DNA from: Chthonomonas calidirosea
GTDB taxonomy: Bacteria; Armatimonadota; Fimbriimonadia; Fimbriimonadales; Fimbriimonadaceae
NCBI GenBank assembly: GCA_945859975.1
Contig: CAMAPH010000033.1
Span: forward strand, 1-32,738
Reading direction: 5' to 3'
Length of the DNA: 32,738 nt
A program made the translations under genes and the position numbers. Positions 1 through 8,343 of the stretch are shown piece after piece. Numbering within the stretch: the stretch's first letter is position 1; every line of letters begins with the position of its first letter. The notes beneath the pieces were generated by a model that was given only the letters and a program-made list of their open reading frames with translations, ran no database searches and was not told the DNA's origin.

Positions 1-1191
1 CCAACCGACGACATCCGCGAGTTCCTTGACCTGAGCCCCGACTTCACATGCCTCGGTGAAAACGCGCGTTCCCGTTCCGCCCGCATGCCCCACGAACGCG
101 CCGTGCCATTTCTCCTGCGATCCGCGAGATTGTCGCCATTGGAAGTACATCGACCCTTCGCTGCCATGGGCGATCGCTTGCATCGCCTCCAGCTTGTGCA
201 TGTTCGGTCGCTTCAGCCGCATGCTGCTGTACCAGTTGCTCGAGCTCGGCGTGCTCTCGATGAGCAAGAACGGCTTCTGCTTGATGCTCCGATACAGGTC
301 GTGGACGAACGCCACTTTGATGAGCTCCCAAGTGCCGACCGGGTGCGATTGGAACCCCGGGTAGGAGTCCCAGGTGAACAGGTCCAGGTCGTCTTTCCAC
401 TTCCAAGGATCTAGCGCCTCGTAGGTGCCCATCATGTTGGTCGTGATCGGAACGTTCGGTGTAATCCGTCTCAGCGGCGCGCTCTCCTCTCGGAAAAAGC
501 TGAGCATTTGGTATGAGCAGAATCGCTTCCAGTCCAGGGTCAAACCATGAACGCTGGTCTCCGCAACTGGGTACCCCGGAAGGTCAATCTGGTCCCAGTC
601 GGAGTAGGTGTGACCCCAAAAGGCGGTCCAGTATGCCGCGTTTAGTCGATCCAAGGTGCCGTACTTCGTGCGAAGCCAGTCGACGAAAGCTAGTCGGGAT
701 TCTTCGCTGTAATCCTCGCCGCCGTACTCGTTGGACACGTGCCACATCGCGAGGGCCGGGTGATTTCCGTACCGATTGGCGAGCATCTCGGCCATCGCGG
801 TCGCTTTCTCTCGATAAATCTTGCTCGACCAGTTGAAGTTGACGCGGTTGCCGTGATGCCGCCGCTGCCGGTTAGCGTCGGTACGAAGCGTCTCCGGATA
901 TTTCTTGCTGAGCCAAGCTGGCGGCGCGGCGCTCGGAGTCGCAAGAACGACATGAATTCCGTTTGCGTGCAACAAATCGAACACTTCGTCAAGCCATTCG
1001 AAGGTGTAAACCCCTTCCTCTGGCTCCAGCGACACCCAAGAAAACACGCCGACCGTGGCTGCGTTCACGCCTGCCTGCTTCATCAACTCGACGTCTTCCA
1101 GCCAGGTCTCTTTCGACCACTGCTCCGGGTTGTAGTCCCCGCCGAACCAAAGGGTAGGAAAGTGCGAATTGATCGGTGGGTGTTGCTTCAT
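1..1191 (-). CDS. GH42 beta-galactosidase, runs off the left window edge (C-terminus missing)
   Basis: Manual translation from ATG at 1191: MKQHPPINSHFPTLWFGGDYNPEQW...VNAATVGVFSW...WHVSNEYGG. These are GH42 signature motifs. The frame appears open to position 1. Not in the ORF track because there is no stop in the window. Confidence 0.92.
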   Translation of the reverse strand, partial: MKQHPPINSHFPTLWFGGDYNPEQWSKETWLEDVELMKQAGVNAATVGVFSWVSLEPEEGVYTFEWLDEVFDLLHANGIHVVLATPSAAPPAWLSKKYPETLRTDANRQRRHHGNRVNFNWSSKIYREKATAMAEMLANRYGNHPALAMWHVSNEYGGEDYSEESRLAFVDWLRTKYGTLDRLNAAYWTAFWGHTYSDWDQIDLPGYPVAETSVHGLTLDWKRFCSYQMLSFFREESAPLRRITPNVPITTNMMGTYEALDPWKWKDDLDLFTWDSYPGFQSHPVGTWELIKVAFVHDLYRSIKQKPFLLIESTPSSSNWYSSMRLKRPNMHKLEAMQAIAHGSEGSMYFQWRQSRGSQEKWHGAFVGHAGGTGTRVFTEACEVGAQVKELADVVGW

Positions 1192-1414
1192 GGCCGCACC
1201 CCGAGTTTGCCCGCTTTCGGCGGAACCCCGCTACTAAAAACCGGACAATCACGTTCGGCGGAGGCACTTCTCAAGTGATGAAATGGCAATCCAACGACGA
1301 AGCCACGCTTCGTCCGATTCACAACGCCACTAAAGAACGTCCCATTCCTCAATAGATGTTCAAGAAAAAGGAATCATTCAGTAGAGATGGGGTGAGTCCT
1401 GAGCGGTGGTATCT

Positions 1415-1720
1415 ATGAAGTCGTTGTTTGAGTTCACCAACACCGAAGGAGAAATGGAAGCCATCCCGTCGCAGTGGCTCGACAAAGATGGCGTGGTCTT
1501 GGCGTGGCCAAGCCGGAAGCAGCGAAAAGTGCAGTTGCAAATCCTCCGCTACCTGGCCACGAAATTTCTGCCGAACCGAACCTATCGCGAAGTGGAAGTG
1601 AACATCGTGCTGAAAAACTGGCACGCGTTCGACGACCACGCTCTGCTCCGCCGCGAGATGTTTGACCTTGGATTACTCAATCGCGAACTCGACGGCTCGC
1701 AGTACCGGCGGGCCGTTTAG
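1415..1720 (+). CDS. DUF2087 family protein
   Basis: WPSRKQRK..L.YLA..F.....Y.E.EVN..L......DHALLRREM.D.GLL.R..DGS.Y.R pattern. ATG 1415 chosen over GTG 1406. Confidence 0.8.
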   Translation: MKSLFEFTNTEGEMEAIPSQWLDKDGVVLAWPSRKQRKVQLQILRYLATKFLPNRTYREVEVNIVLKNWHAFDDHALLRREMFDLGLLNRELDGSQYRRAV

Positions 1721-2679
1721 GGCTCGTCGTCCCACAGGTCCGTCCAGTCTTTCGCCCCTTCCCAAAGGAACACGTGCCCTTTGATCAGCCGACAATTTCG
1801 GTCGATCTCGCCGATCGCGAGCATCTCCGCCTCGGTCAAAGAAAGCTCCTGAACTGCCTTCAGCATCCCTTCATACTGCGGCCGCTTTACCGAAAACGGA
1901 ATCGGAATCGAACCCAACTGAACCTGCCAGAGCACGCAAACGACCGCCGGATGAACTCCAAGTCGCTCCGCGGCCGCAACGATGACCGGGTCTTCAACAT
2001 CCACCGTGTCCGTAGGCGTTCGATCCCGCTCCGGCCGGCTCGGCGACCCGATTGGTGAGTATCCGATCGGCTGAATGTCGTTCTCCAGAAGGAACTGGAA
2101 ATTCCCTTTCTGCTGAAAGTGCGGATGCAACTCAAGTTGCGATGCGACCGGACGGATTGCCGCATCACGCAATAGAGCGGAAAGCTTATGGACCGTCATA
2201 TTCGACGTTCCAATGTTCCGCACTAAACCGCGTTCGACCAGCCGCTCCATCTGCGCCCAAGTCGCCATGTATGCGTTGTGGTCGTACGGCACGGCGTGAG
2301 GATCGCGAGAATTGACATCGACACCCTGAGCGTGATGGTTCGGGAAAGGCCAGTGAACCAAGAACAAGTCGAGATAGTCGAGCTTAAGATCTCGCAGCGA
2401 CTGCTCGCAGGACGCCTCGACGGCGCTGTGCATGTTGTTCCAGACCTTGCTCGTGACCCAAAGGTCTTCACGCGACACACCGCTTTGGATCACCGACTGA
2501 AGCGCGTTGCCAACTTCTGGTTCGTTGGCATAAATCGAAGCGCAGTCGAAGTGGCGGTATCCCACTTCAGCAGCGCCAATCACCGCCGCCGCAATTTGAT
2601 CTGCCGTGTAATTATCCGAACCAAATGTCCCTAGCCCAAGTCGTGGGATTGGATTTCCGCTCTGAGTAAACAAATTCAT
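1717..2679 (-). CDS. Aldo/keto reductase
   Basis: LGLGT, GYRHFDCASIY, TSKVW, YLDLFLVHWP, IGTSN motifs; D-Y-K-H tetrad present. Confidence 0.93.
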   Translation of the reverse strand: MNLFTQSGNPIPRLGLGTFGSDNYTADQIAAAVIGAAEVGYRHFDCASIYANEPEVGNALQSVIQSGVSREDLWVTSKVWNNMHSAVEASCEQSLRDLKLDYLDLFLVHWPFPNHHAQGVDVNSRDPHAVPYDHNAYMATWAQMERLVERGLVRNIGTSNMTVHKLSALLRDAAIRPVASQLELHPHFQQKGNFQFLLENDIQPIGYSPIGSPSRPERDRTPTDTVDVEDPVIVAAAERLGVHPAVVCVLWQVQLGSIPIPFSVKRPQYEGMLKAVQELSLTEAEMLAIGEIDRNCRLIKGHVFLWEGAKDWTDLWDDEP

Positions 2680-2886
2680 TCGGGTTCTGTGGTGCTCCTA
2701 TAAGCCATCTTGAATGAATTCGAGTGACTTTTGTGAGAAACGGAACCGTCCGAATCCAAACGAACATCGCCCGAAAGGCCGACTGAAAGTGGCTGACCTG
2801 CGCAACTTGTGCGCGAAACTGGTACTGAAGAACGCTTGACGTAAGGGTGGAAACTCTCAATAATGGGCCAAGATAAGTTGTAGGCC

Positions 2887-4479
2887 ATGAAATTCTGGAG
2901 ATCGTTGTCCGTTGTGCTAATGGGTGCGCTCATATCGGGCTCTGTTGCGCAAACGTCACCGAGGCCGATTTCATGCGTCTCGTACACAAATGCCGGCGCA
3001 GCACAGTCGAGCGGCGCCAGCGAAAGCGTAGATTCGATACTAACCGAGTTCAACATTCACCCGATTGTTAGTGGTCAGGGGCTGCGCATCGCGGTTACTG
3101 GGTGGGGCAAAGGCGACATTACTTGGAACCCTTATCCAGATGGGCACAAGTACGCCAACACCGATAAGTATCCGGGCTTCCAAGAGTCGCGCGTACTCGC
3201 GGGTCCGGTAAAAACGGAGTTCGCCGTTCTCGTCGGTGGTACATGGCAAAAGGCCACCTTTGGGGGGCAAACGGTCGGACTGATGCAGCCCGGCACCCAC
3301 ATGTTTACCGACTGGATCAACATTCCCGTTACGGCCGGAACGGTAATCAAAGCTCGCTTACGCTACACCCTGATAGACCGGGAACAGCAACTATTCTGTA
3401 GCACGCTCGCCGCTTACGACTACACCAGTTTCAAGACGGCTGCCGGAGCTTCCACGCCGGCGGTTGATGTCCCGACCTTCTCGGCCAATGCGTTCAAGTA
3501 CGACAACGGCAAGTTCCTCGGGCCACGCGTTTGCGCCATGCCGGCGTTGATTCAAACGCGAACTACGGATCCGAACGCTCACAGCATTGCCGCCTTTGGA
3601 GATTCGGTTTTGAATGCTGGAAATGACAGCGGCTCGCACTATAACCGCGATGGATTCTATAACCCGGGCTGGGTCGGTCGGGGCTTCGCCCGGCTAAAAA
3701 TTCCCGTCGTTACTTTCGGGGTGTCGGGTGACCGAAGCGAGATCAATACGGAACAAACGATGACCCGCCGCCTCGCCCTACTTCGGGACTCTGGCGCCGA
3801 CTACGGCCTCATCACTCACGGAATCAACGATGCCGCCAGTTTCGCCTCGACCGGAAGTGGGCGATGTCCGGCCAGTGAGATCATTTCTCGAAACCAAGCT
3901 CTCGCCGCCATCCTGGTGAAGAACGGGATCAAGCGGATGTATCTATCCACACTGCATCCGTATACGATTAGCACCGATCAATGGGCGACTGCGGCCGGTC
4001 AGAAAACAAAGAACAACGACTTCCCGGTGGCCAACTGGCTCACCTACAATGATTCTCTGCGCAGCACTGTTCCGGCTGGATTCTTTGCGGTGCTCGATCC
4101 GGCGAAGTACGTGTCGGATACGAGAGGCGTTTGGCGCGATGGCACGCAAGTTGCGCAAACCGTGTCGCAAGGGATTGGTAACTCGAACTTGCTCATCACC
4201 AAATGCGTCACCGGCGACGATAAGCCCGGCTACTACGATGGCTTTTCCGTGACCGGATTGACCGGCGGAAACAACGGCGCATCCCAGATGACCATTACGA
4301 GCTATCCAGGCACATCGAGCCTGGAAGTCGTTCTTCGCGCGATGTTCGCAAAGCCGGTCGTTTCCGGCGACACCTTCCGGCTCACTCGCGTCCTAACCCG
4401 TGACGGTTTGCATCCGACCCCCGAAGGAGCCCGGCTCGGCGCATACGCGGTCTACGCATTTCCCAATCTCTTCCGGTAA
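2887..4479 (+). CDS. Secreted SGNH/GDSL-family hydrolase
   Basis: N-terminal signal peptide; SGNH blocks FGDS, GVSGD, HGIND, DGLHP. Confidence 0.8.
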   Translation: MKFWRSLSVVLMGALISGSVAQTSPRPISCVSYTNAGAAQSSGASESVDSILTEFNIHPIVSGQGLRIAVTGWGKGDITWNPYPDGHKYANTDKYPGFQESRVLAGPVKTEFAVLVGGTWQKATFGGQTVGLMQPGTHMFTDWINIPVTAGTVIKARLRYTLIDREQQLFCSTLAAYDYTSFKTAAGASTPAVDVPTFSANAFKYDNGKFLGPRVCAMPALIQTRTTDPNAHSIAAFGDSVLNAGNDSGSHYNRDGFYNPGWVGRGFARLKIPVVTFGVSGDRSEINTEQTMTRRLALLRDSGADYGLITHGINDAASFASTGSGRCPASEIISRNQALAAILVKNGIKRMYLSTLHPYTISTDQWATAAGQKTKNNDFPVANWLTYNDSLRSTVPAGFFAVLDPAKYVSDTRGVWRDGTQVAQTVSQGIGNSNLLITKCVTGDDKPGYYDGFSVTGLTGGNNGASQMTITSYPGTSSLEVVLRAMFAKPVVSGDTFRLTRVLTRDGLHPTPEGARLGAYAVYAFPNLFR

Positions 4480-4553
4480 GGTCCTGTTTTCTAAAGGAAT
4501 TTCGTGCCCTTAACCTTCCGGTAACAGTCATCCGGTACGAACACCACACTTAA

Positions 4554-5099
4554 ATGACGATCGTCGACGAGATCATCCAACTCTTTGAAGAACGCGGCAA
4601 CGGACTGTACTTTGGTGAACAAGTCACCGAGACCGAACATGCCCTGCAAGCGGCCCACCTGGCACGAGAAGCCGGAGCCAGCAACGCCATGATCCTCGGG
4701 GCCCTGCTGCACGACATCGGGCACCTTTTGCACAGCCATGGAGAGGACATCGCCGACCATGGCGTGGATGCAAAGCATGAAGATGAAGGGGCCGAGTTTC
4801 TCGCGGGTAAGTTTCCGCCCTTAGTCGTGGACTGTGTACGGCTTCACGTTCCCGCGAAGCGCTACCTTTGCGCCGTCGAACCCGAGTACCTGGCCGGCTT
4901 GTCTCCGGTCTCGCAGCGTAGCCTCGAACTCCAAGGTGGCCCAATGACCGCGCACGAAGTCGCCGAGTTTGAAGCAGAACCCCATTTTCGGGAGGCAGTT
5001 CAAGCGCGGCGGTGGGACGACCAAGCCAAAGTAGTCGGGTTGCAGGTGCCAAGCGTCGAGAGTTATCGCTCCTTGCTCGAAGCGTCGGTAATAGAATGA
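4554..5099 (+). CDS. PhnZ/TmpB-like HD-domain diiron oxygenase (phosphonate-degradation-associated HD protein)
   Basis: YFGEQV..TEHALQAA, LLHDIGH, HE..GA.FL, HVPAKRYL, SLELQGG, RRWDD.AK match the PhnZ family pattern. Confidence 0.85.
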   Translation: MTIVDEIIQLFEERGNGLYFGEQVTETEHALQAAHLAREAGASNAMILGALLHDIGHLLHSHGEDIADHGVDAKHEDEGAEFLAGKFPPLVVDCVRLHVPAKRYLCAVEPEYLAGLSPVSQRSLELQGGPMTAHEVAEFEAEPHFREAVQARRWDDQAKVVGLQVPSVESYRSLLEASVIE

Positions 5100-5605
5100 C
5101 CGAGCCGATTCCGTTTGTACCGGTTCCGAACTACTGCGAAGAAAACGTGTGGATGCTGGCGAACTTGCCCTCGCAAAACGAGCGCTGGGCGGTCTTCGTG
5201 GTGAGCGAAAACCGGCGCTGCCAAATGCACGCTCAAGTTCCGCAGTACCCCTCGGCCGAAGCGGTGATTTGGGACTACCACGTGGTGCTGCTAGACCGAA
5301 CTCCCGATGGCGACGTCATTTATGACGACAGCTACACGGGCGATTTCCCGGGCTGCGCCATCAAATGGACCCAGGAGAACTTTCCGGTGGATGACGAATT
5401 GCTCCGATTCCGGGTCGTGGATGCCAGCGAGTATGTGCGCGACTTCCGATCCGACCGGCGGAACATGCAAGACCCGAGCCGTCAACCGCCATGGCCAGCG
5501 ATCTCGCCGGGTGAATACAACCTCACGACCTTCCTCTCAGCCACCGAACCCGGTCCCGGCCGATTGCTAAACCTTGCCGAATGGCGAGCTGAAGTTCTCC
5601 GATAG
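5096..5605 (+). CDS. Protein N-terminal glutamine amidohydrolase (NTAQ1/WDYHV1-like)
   Basis: NYCEENVW, VIWDYHVVLL, IYD, FRSDRRNM, PPWPAI motifs of the Nt_Gln_amidase family. ATG 5096 overlaps the upstream TGA (ATGA). Confidence 0.85.
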   Translation: MTEPIPFVPVPNYCEENVWMLANLPSQNERWAVFVVSENRRCQMHAQVPQYPSAEAVIWDYHVVLLDRTPDGDVIYDDSYTGDFPGCAIKWTQENFPVDDELLRFRVVDASEYVRDFRSDRRNMQDPSRQPPWPAISPGEYNLTTFLSATEPGPGRLLNLAEWRAEVLR

Positions 5606-5681
5606 GGCGTCTCTTAATGCCTTTTTGATTGACGTCTGGAACGCTTAGCTTTCCAGACCCGTTCTATCGATTACAGATCGG

Positions 5682-6374
5682 ATGGAGCGACAGTTTTCTG
5701 ACAACGAGGCGGAGGAGATTCTGCGGCTGGCTGCGGAAAAATTTGCTGCTGCCGAGTCTCGAAAGCAGACCTCGCTCCGCGAAGAAAATCTGATCGACAT
5801 GGCGGCCGAACTCGGCGTCCCGGCGGAATACGTCACCGAGGCCATTTCCGAAGTTGGGGCTGACCGCATCGCGGCTCCCCCAAGGCTTACGTCTGACGAT
5901 AAGCCTCAACCCGTACCCGGCAATCGTCGACGGCAGCAATGGATTCGCACCGTGCCCGGGGAGCTAGATAATGAGGCTCGCGTTCAAGTCATCGAGTATC
6001 TCAACCGGCACCATGATTGTCACGGCAAGTTTTGGTTTACAAAGGAACAGACCGAGTGGGCAAGTTCCATGGATGGGTCGATGACAACCTGCACTTTGCG
6101 CTCAGCAAATGGCTTCGTGCAAATCCACCTCGCCGAACCCAGACCACAAAACAAGTTCAACGTCCGATCATCGATTGTTCTCCTCTTATTCTATGTCGCG
6201 GCGTTTTATGTGTGCATTTTTCATCTGCATCCGAATTCACTATCCGTGCCACTCGTAACATTTGGCATGTCCGTCGTAAGTACCCAACGCGCCATCGAGT
6301 ACGACAGGTTAAGGAACAAGCAATCCTCTATGGTCATCGACCGCCTAGAATGTTTGATCCGCCGCGGCACCTGA
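5682..6374 (+). CDS. Hypothetical membrane protein, paralog 1 of a tandem pair
   Basis: 230-aa ORF with N-terminal FS..EAEEILR.AA...L...AAELGVP.EYV..A helical module and C-terminal hydrophobic hairpin; aligns by eye to the next ORF. Confidence 0.75.
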   Translation: MERQFSDNEAEEILRLAAEKFAAAESRKQTSLREENLIDMAAELGVPAEYVTEAISEVGADRIAAPPRLTSDDKPQPVPGNRRRQQWIRTVPGELDNEARVQVIEYLNRHHDCHGKFWFTKEQTEWASSMDGSMTTCTLRSANGFVQIHLAEPRPQNKFNVRSSIVLLLFYVAAFYVCIFHLHPNSLSVPLVTFGMSVVSTQRAIEYDRLRNKQSSMVIDRLECLIRRGT

Positions 6375-6466
6375 CGTAAAGGTGTGTAATCCCGCAGTTC
6401 GACCGACATCAGCCTGTATCATTAGTGAAGTTAAACAGACCGACCCAAACCGGTCGGAACGAAGTT

Positions 6467-7171
6467 ATGGAGCAGCGATTTTCGGACAAAGAGGCAGAGG
6501 AGATCCTGCGCATGGCCGCTGAGAAGTTCGCTGCTGCCGAGTCGAAGCAGCACACTTCAATCGGGCGCGAAGATATCGAGGAAATCGCCGCCGAAATCGG
6601 CGTACCGCCCGAATATGTGTCCGAGGCAATCTCCGTCGTCTCGACCGCCACGGCCGAGCCACTCGCTCAACTAACCCCGCGTGACCAGTGGCACCCGGTT
6701 CCCGGCAACCCCAAACGTCGCCAGTGGATTCGGGAGGTTCCCGGCGTTTTCAATGATGAAACCCGGGCGCACGCTATCCAGTACCTGAACAGCCTTCATG
6801 ATTCAAAAGGCAGGTTTGCCTTCACAAAAGACCTCACCGAATGGGCGAGTGCCATGGATAGCCCCATGACAACCTGCACATTTCGAAATGTTAAGGGGCA
6901 CGTGCAAGTTCATTTTACGGAACCTTTTCCGCCAACTTTTGATCAGCGACCATGGATCGCCATGCTTGTCCTAGCGGCCGTGTATTTGGTGGTTGCGCTG
7001 TCCATGTTTGAACCGACGGCCGCTTTTCTTCCCCTGATGATGTTGGGAATTGGTTGGTCAAACTACCAAAGAGCGAGGGACATATATAAACTCGACACCA
7101 AACACCGGTGCGCGATCATGGACCGACTCGAGTGCATCATCCGACGGGAAAGCGACCCGACTAAAGCCTAA
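6467..7171 (+). CDS. Hypothetical membrane protein, paralog 2 of a tandem pair
   Basis: ATG 6467 (MEQRFSDKEAEEILRMAAEKFAAAES) matches the start of paralog 1; shared PVPGN, QWIR.VPG, TEWAS.MD..MTTCT, DRLEC.IRR. Confidence 0.75.
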   Translation: MEQRFSDKEAEEILRMAAEKFAAAESKQHTSIGREDIEEIAAEIGVPPEYVSEAISVVSTATAEPLAQLTPRDQWHPVPGNPKRRQWIREVPGVFNDETRAHAIQYLNSLHDSKGRFAFTKDLTEWASAMDSPMTTCTFRNVKGHVQVHFTEPFPPTFDQRPWIAMLVLAAVYLVVALSMFEPTAAFLPLMMLGIGWSNYQRARDIYKLDTKHRCAIMDRLECIIRRESDPTKA

Positions 7172-7746
7172 AGGTTCGCTTTTGCTTCCTTCAAAATGCT
7201 GCCACCGCTCAGTCGGTCCGTATAGTTCGGATTCGAGTGTGCGTAAACGATCTTCCCTGACTTGTCGATCAAGTAAACCGCCGGCACGGGAAGCACCTGC
7301 CCGTTGTTCGAGAAAGCGAGTCCGAAAGCCTTGCTGTTCTCAGCGTTGACGTCCGAGTACAGTTTGTAAGTCAGTTCGTTCTGATCGATCGTTCCCTTCA
7401 CGTCCCCGGGATTCTCGGGTGAAAGCGCGATCAGTTGATAGCCGATCTTCCTCAATTCACCCTCAACCAGAATCAGTTCTTTGAGATGGATATTGCAGTA
7501 CGGGCACCAGCCGCCTCGGTAGAAAATGACTACCGTCGGCTTTCCGGAAATCACTTCCTTCAAGCTCGTTGCCTTCCCGTCCGAACCCTTCAATGTCGCC
7601 GAAGGCGCTTGCCCACCCTTGCCAATCGGCTTGACTTCTTCCGGGCTACGCGGCAGTCCAGCATCGCTGATCCCGTCCGCGCGATTGCAGGCAACCACCA
7701 CGGCAGCAAGAACGGGAAGGGAGAGAACAATGTGCATCGGGCGCAT
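7168..7746 (-). CDS. Peroxiredoxin-like AhpC/TSA family protein, probable lipoprotein
   Basis: FYRGGWCPYC motif, PVPAVYLID, lipobox-like VVVAC. Start uncertain (7746 or 7737). Confidence 0.85.
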   Translation of the reverse strand: MRPMHIVLSLPVLAAVVVACNRADGISDAGLPRSPEEVKPIGKGGQAPSATLKGSDGKATSLKEVISGKPTVVIFYRGGWCPYCNIHLKELILVEGELRKIGYQLIALSPENPGDVKGTIDQNELTYKLYSDVNAENSKAFGLAFSNNGQVLPVPAVYLIDKSGKIVYAHSNPNYTDRLSGGSILKEAKANL

Positions 7747-7789
7747 GAAACTCAGAAGCCGCCGTCGCTTCAATGAGTTCCGCGAAAAG

Positions 7790-8020
7790 TCAAACCTTCA
7801 CGGGCTGCTCATCGGAAACCCGCACGGCAAAGGTCGGGACTTCCACCGGTTTGTCCGGAAATCGGAACAGGCAATAGGCAAACCACAATCCGCCGAGTGG
7901 CACACAAATCGCCTGCGGGTACGTCGCCACGATCCACAGGGAATGAACCAAATCGACCGCGCAATAAATCGCAATCAAACCTGCGAACGTTATTCGCAAC
8001 CAAATCCAGAACTTCCGCAT
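7790..8020 (-). CDS. Small hypothetical membrane protein
   Basis: 76 aa with two hydrophobic segments; TAAGAT 8 nt upstream of ATG 8020. Confidence 0.5.
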   Translation of the reverse strand: MRKFWIWLRITFAGLIAIYCAVDLVHSLWIVATYPQAICVPLGGLWFAYCLFRFPDKPVEVPTFAVRVSDEQPVKV

Positions 8021-8118
8021 GACACATAATCTTAGGCCCAATGCCGATGCTGGATAGGTCCTATGTCGGTCCAAATTCGAAGTGAAAGAACACCAAATGT
8101 AGATTTACATTTAGCTCC

Positions 8119-8340
8119 ATGGGGCTAGCGTTCATCCTGTTTTGGATCCTCGTGATCTGGGGACTCGTGGATGGCGAACTTTACTGGCAAGAAGCCGGTT
8201 GGTACACCCTAGCCTTCGTCGCCTGCATTCTCGGTTTCATCTTCCTTGCCGAGTACCAGATCTGGTTCGTTGTCCCCATCGTTCTCATCGATGTCGTACT
8301 GATCATGAAAATGATGGGCAACCCGCGCATCGGCAGCTGA
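8119..8340 (+). CDS. Small hypothetical membrane protein
   Basis: 73 aa, almost entirely hydrophobic (2-3 TM); TACATT 7 nt upstream of ATG. Confidence 0.65.
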   Translation: MGLAFILFWILVIWGLVDGELYWQEAGWYTLAFVACILGFIFLAEYQIWFVVPIVLIDVVLIMKMMGNPRIGS

Positions 8341-8343
8341 GCC

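Noticed and set aside
44..1278. Several short ORFs in the track over 44-1278
   Set aside because: Shadow frames of the minus-strand GH42 gene.
1265..1314. Small hairpins CACTT-CTC-AAGTG and GACGAAGC-CAC-GCTTCGTC
   Set aside because: No U-tract and no recognisable riboswitch pattern; may be chance.
2612..3056. Minus-strand ORFs of 82 and 126 aa
   Set aside because: They overlap real genes and have no family features.
5012..5095. Longer N-terminus for the NTAQ1-like gene
   Set aside because: Lies inside the HD gene; the ATGA-coupled start at 5096 is more plausible.
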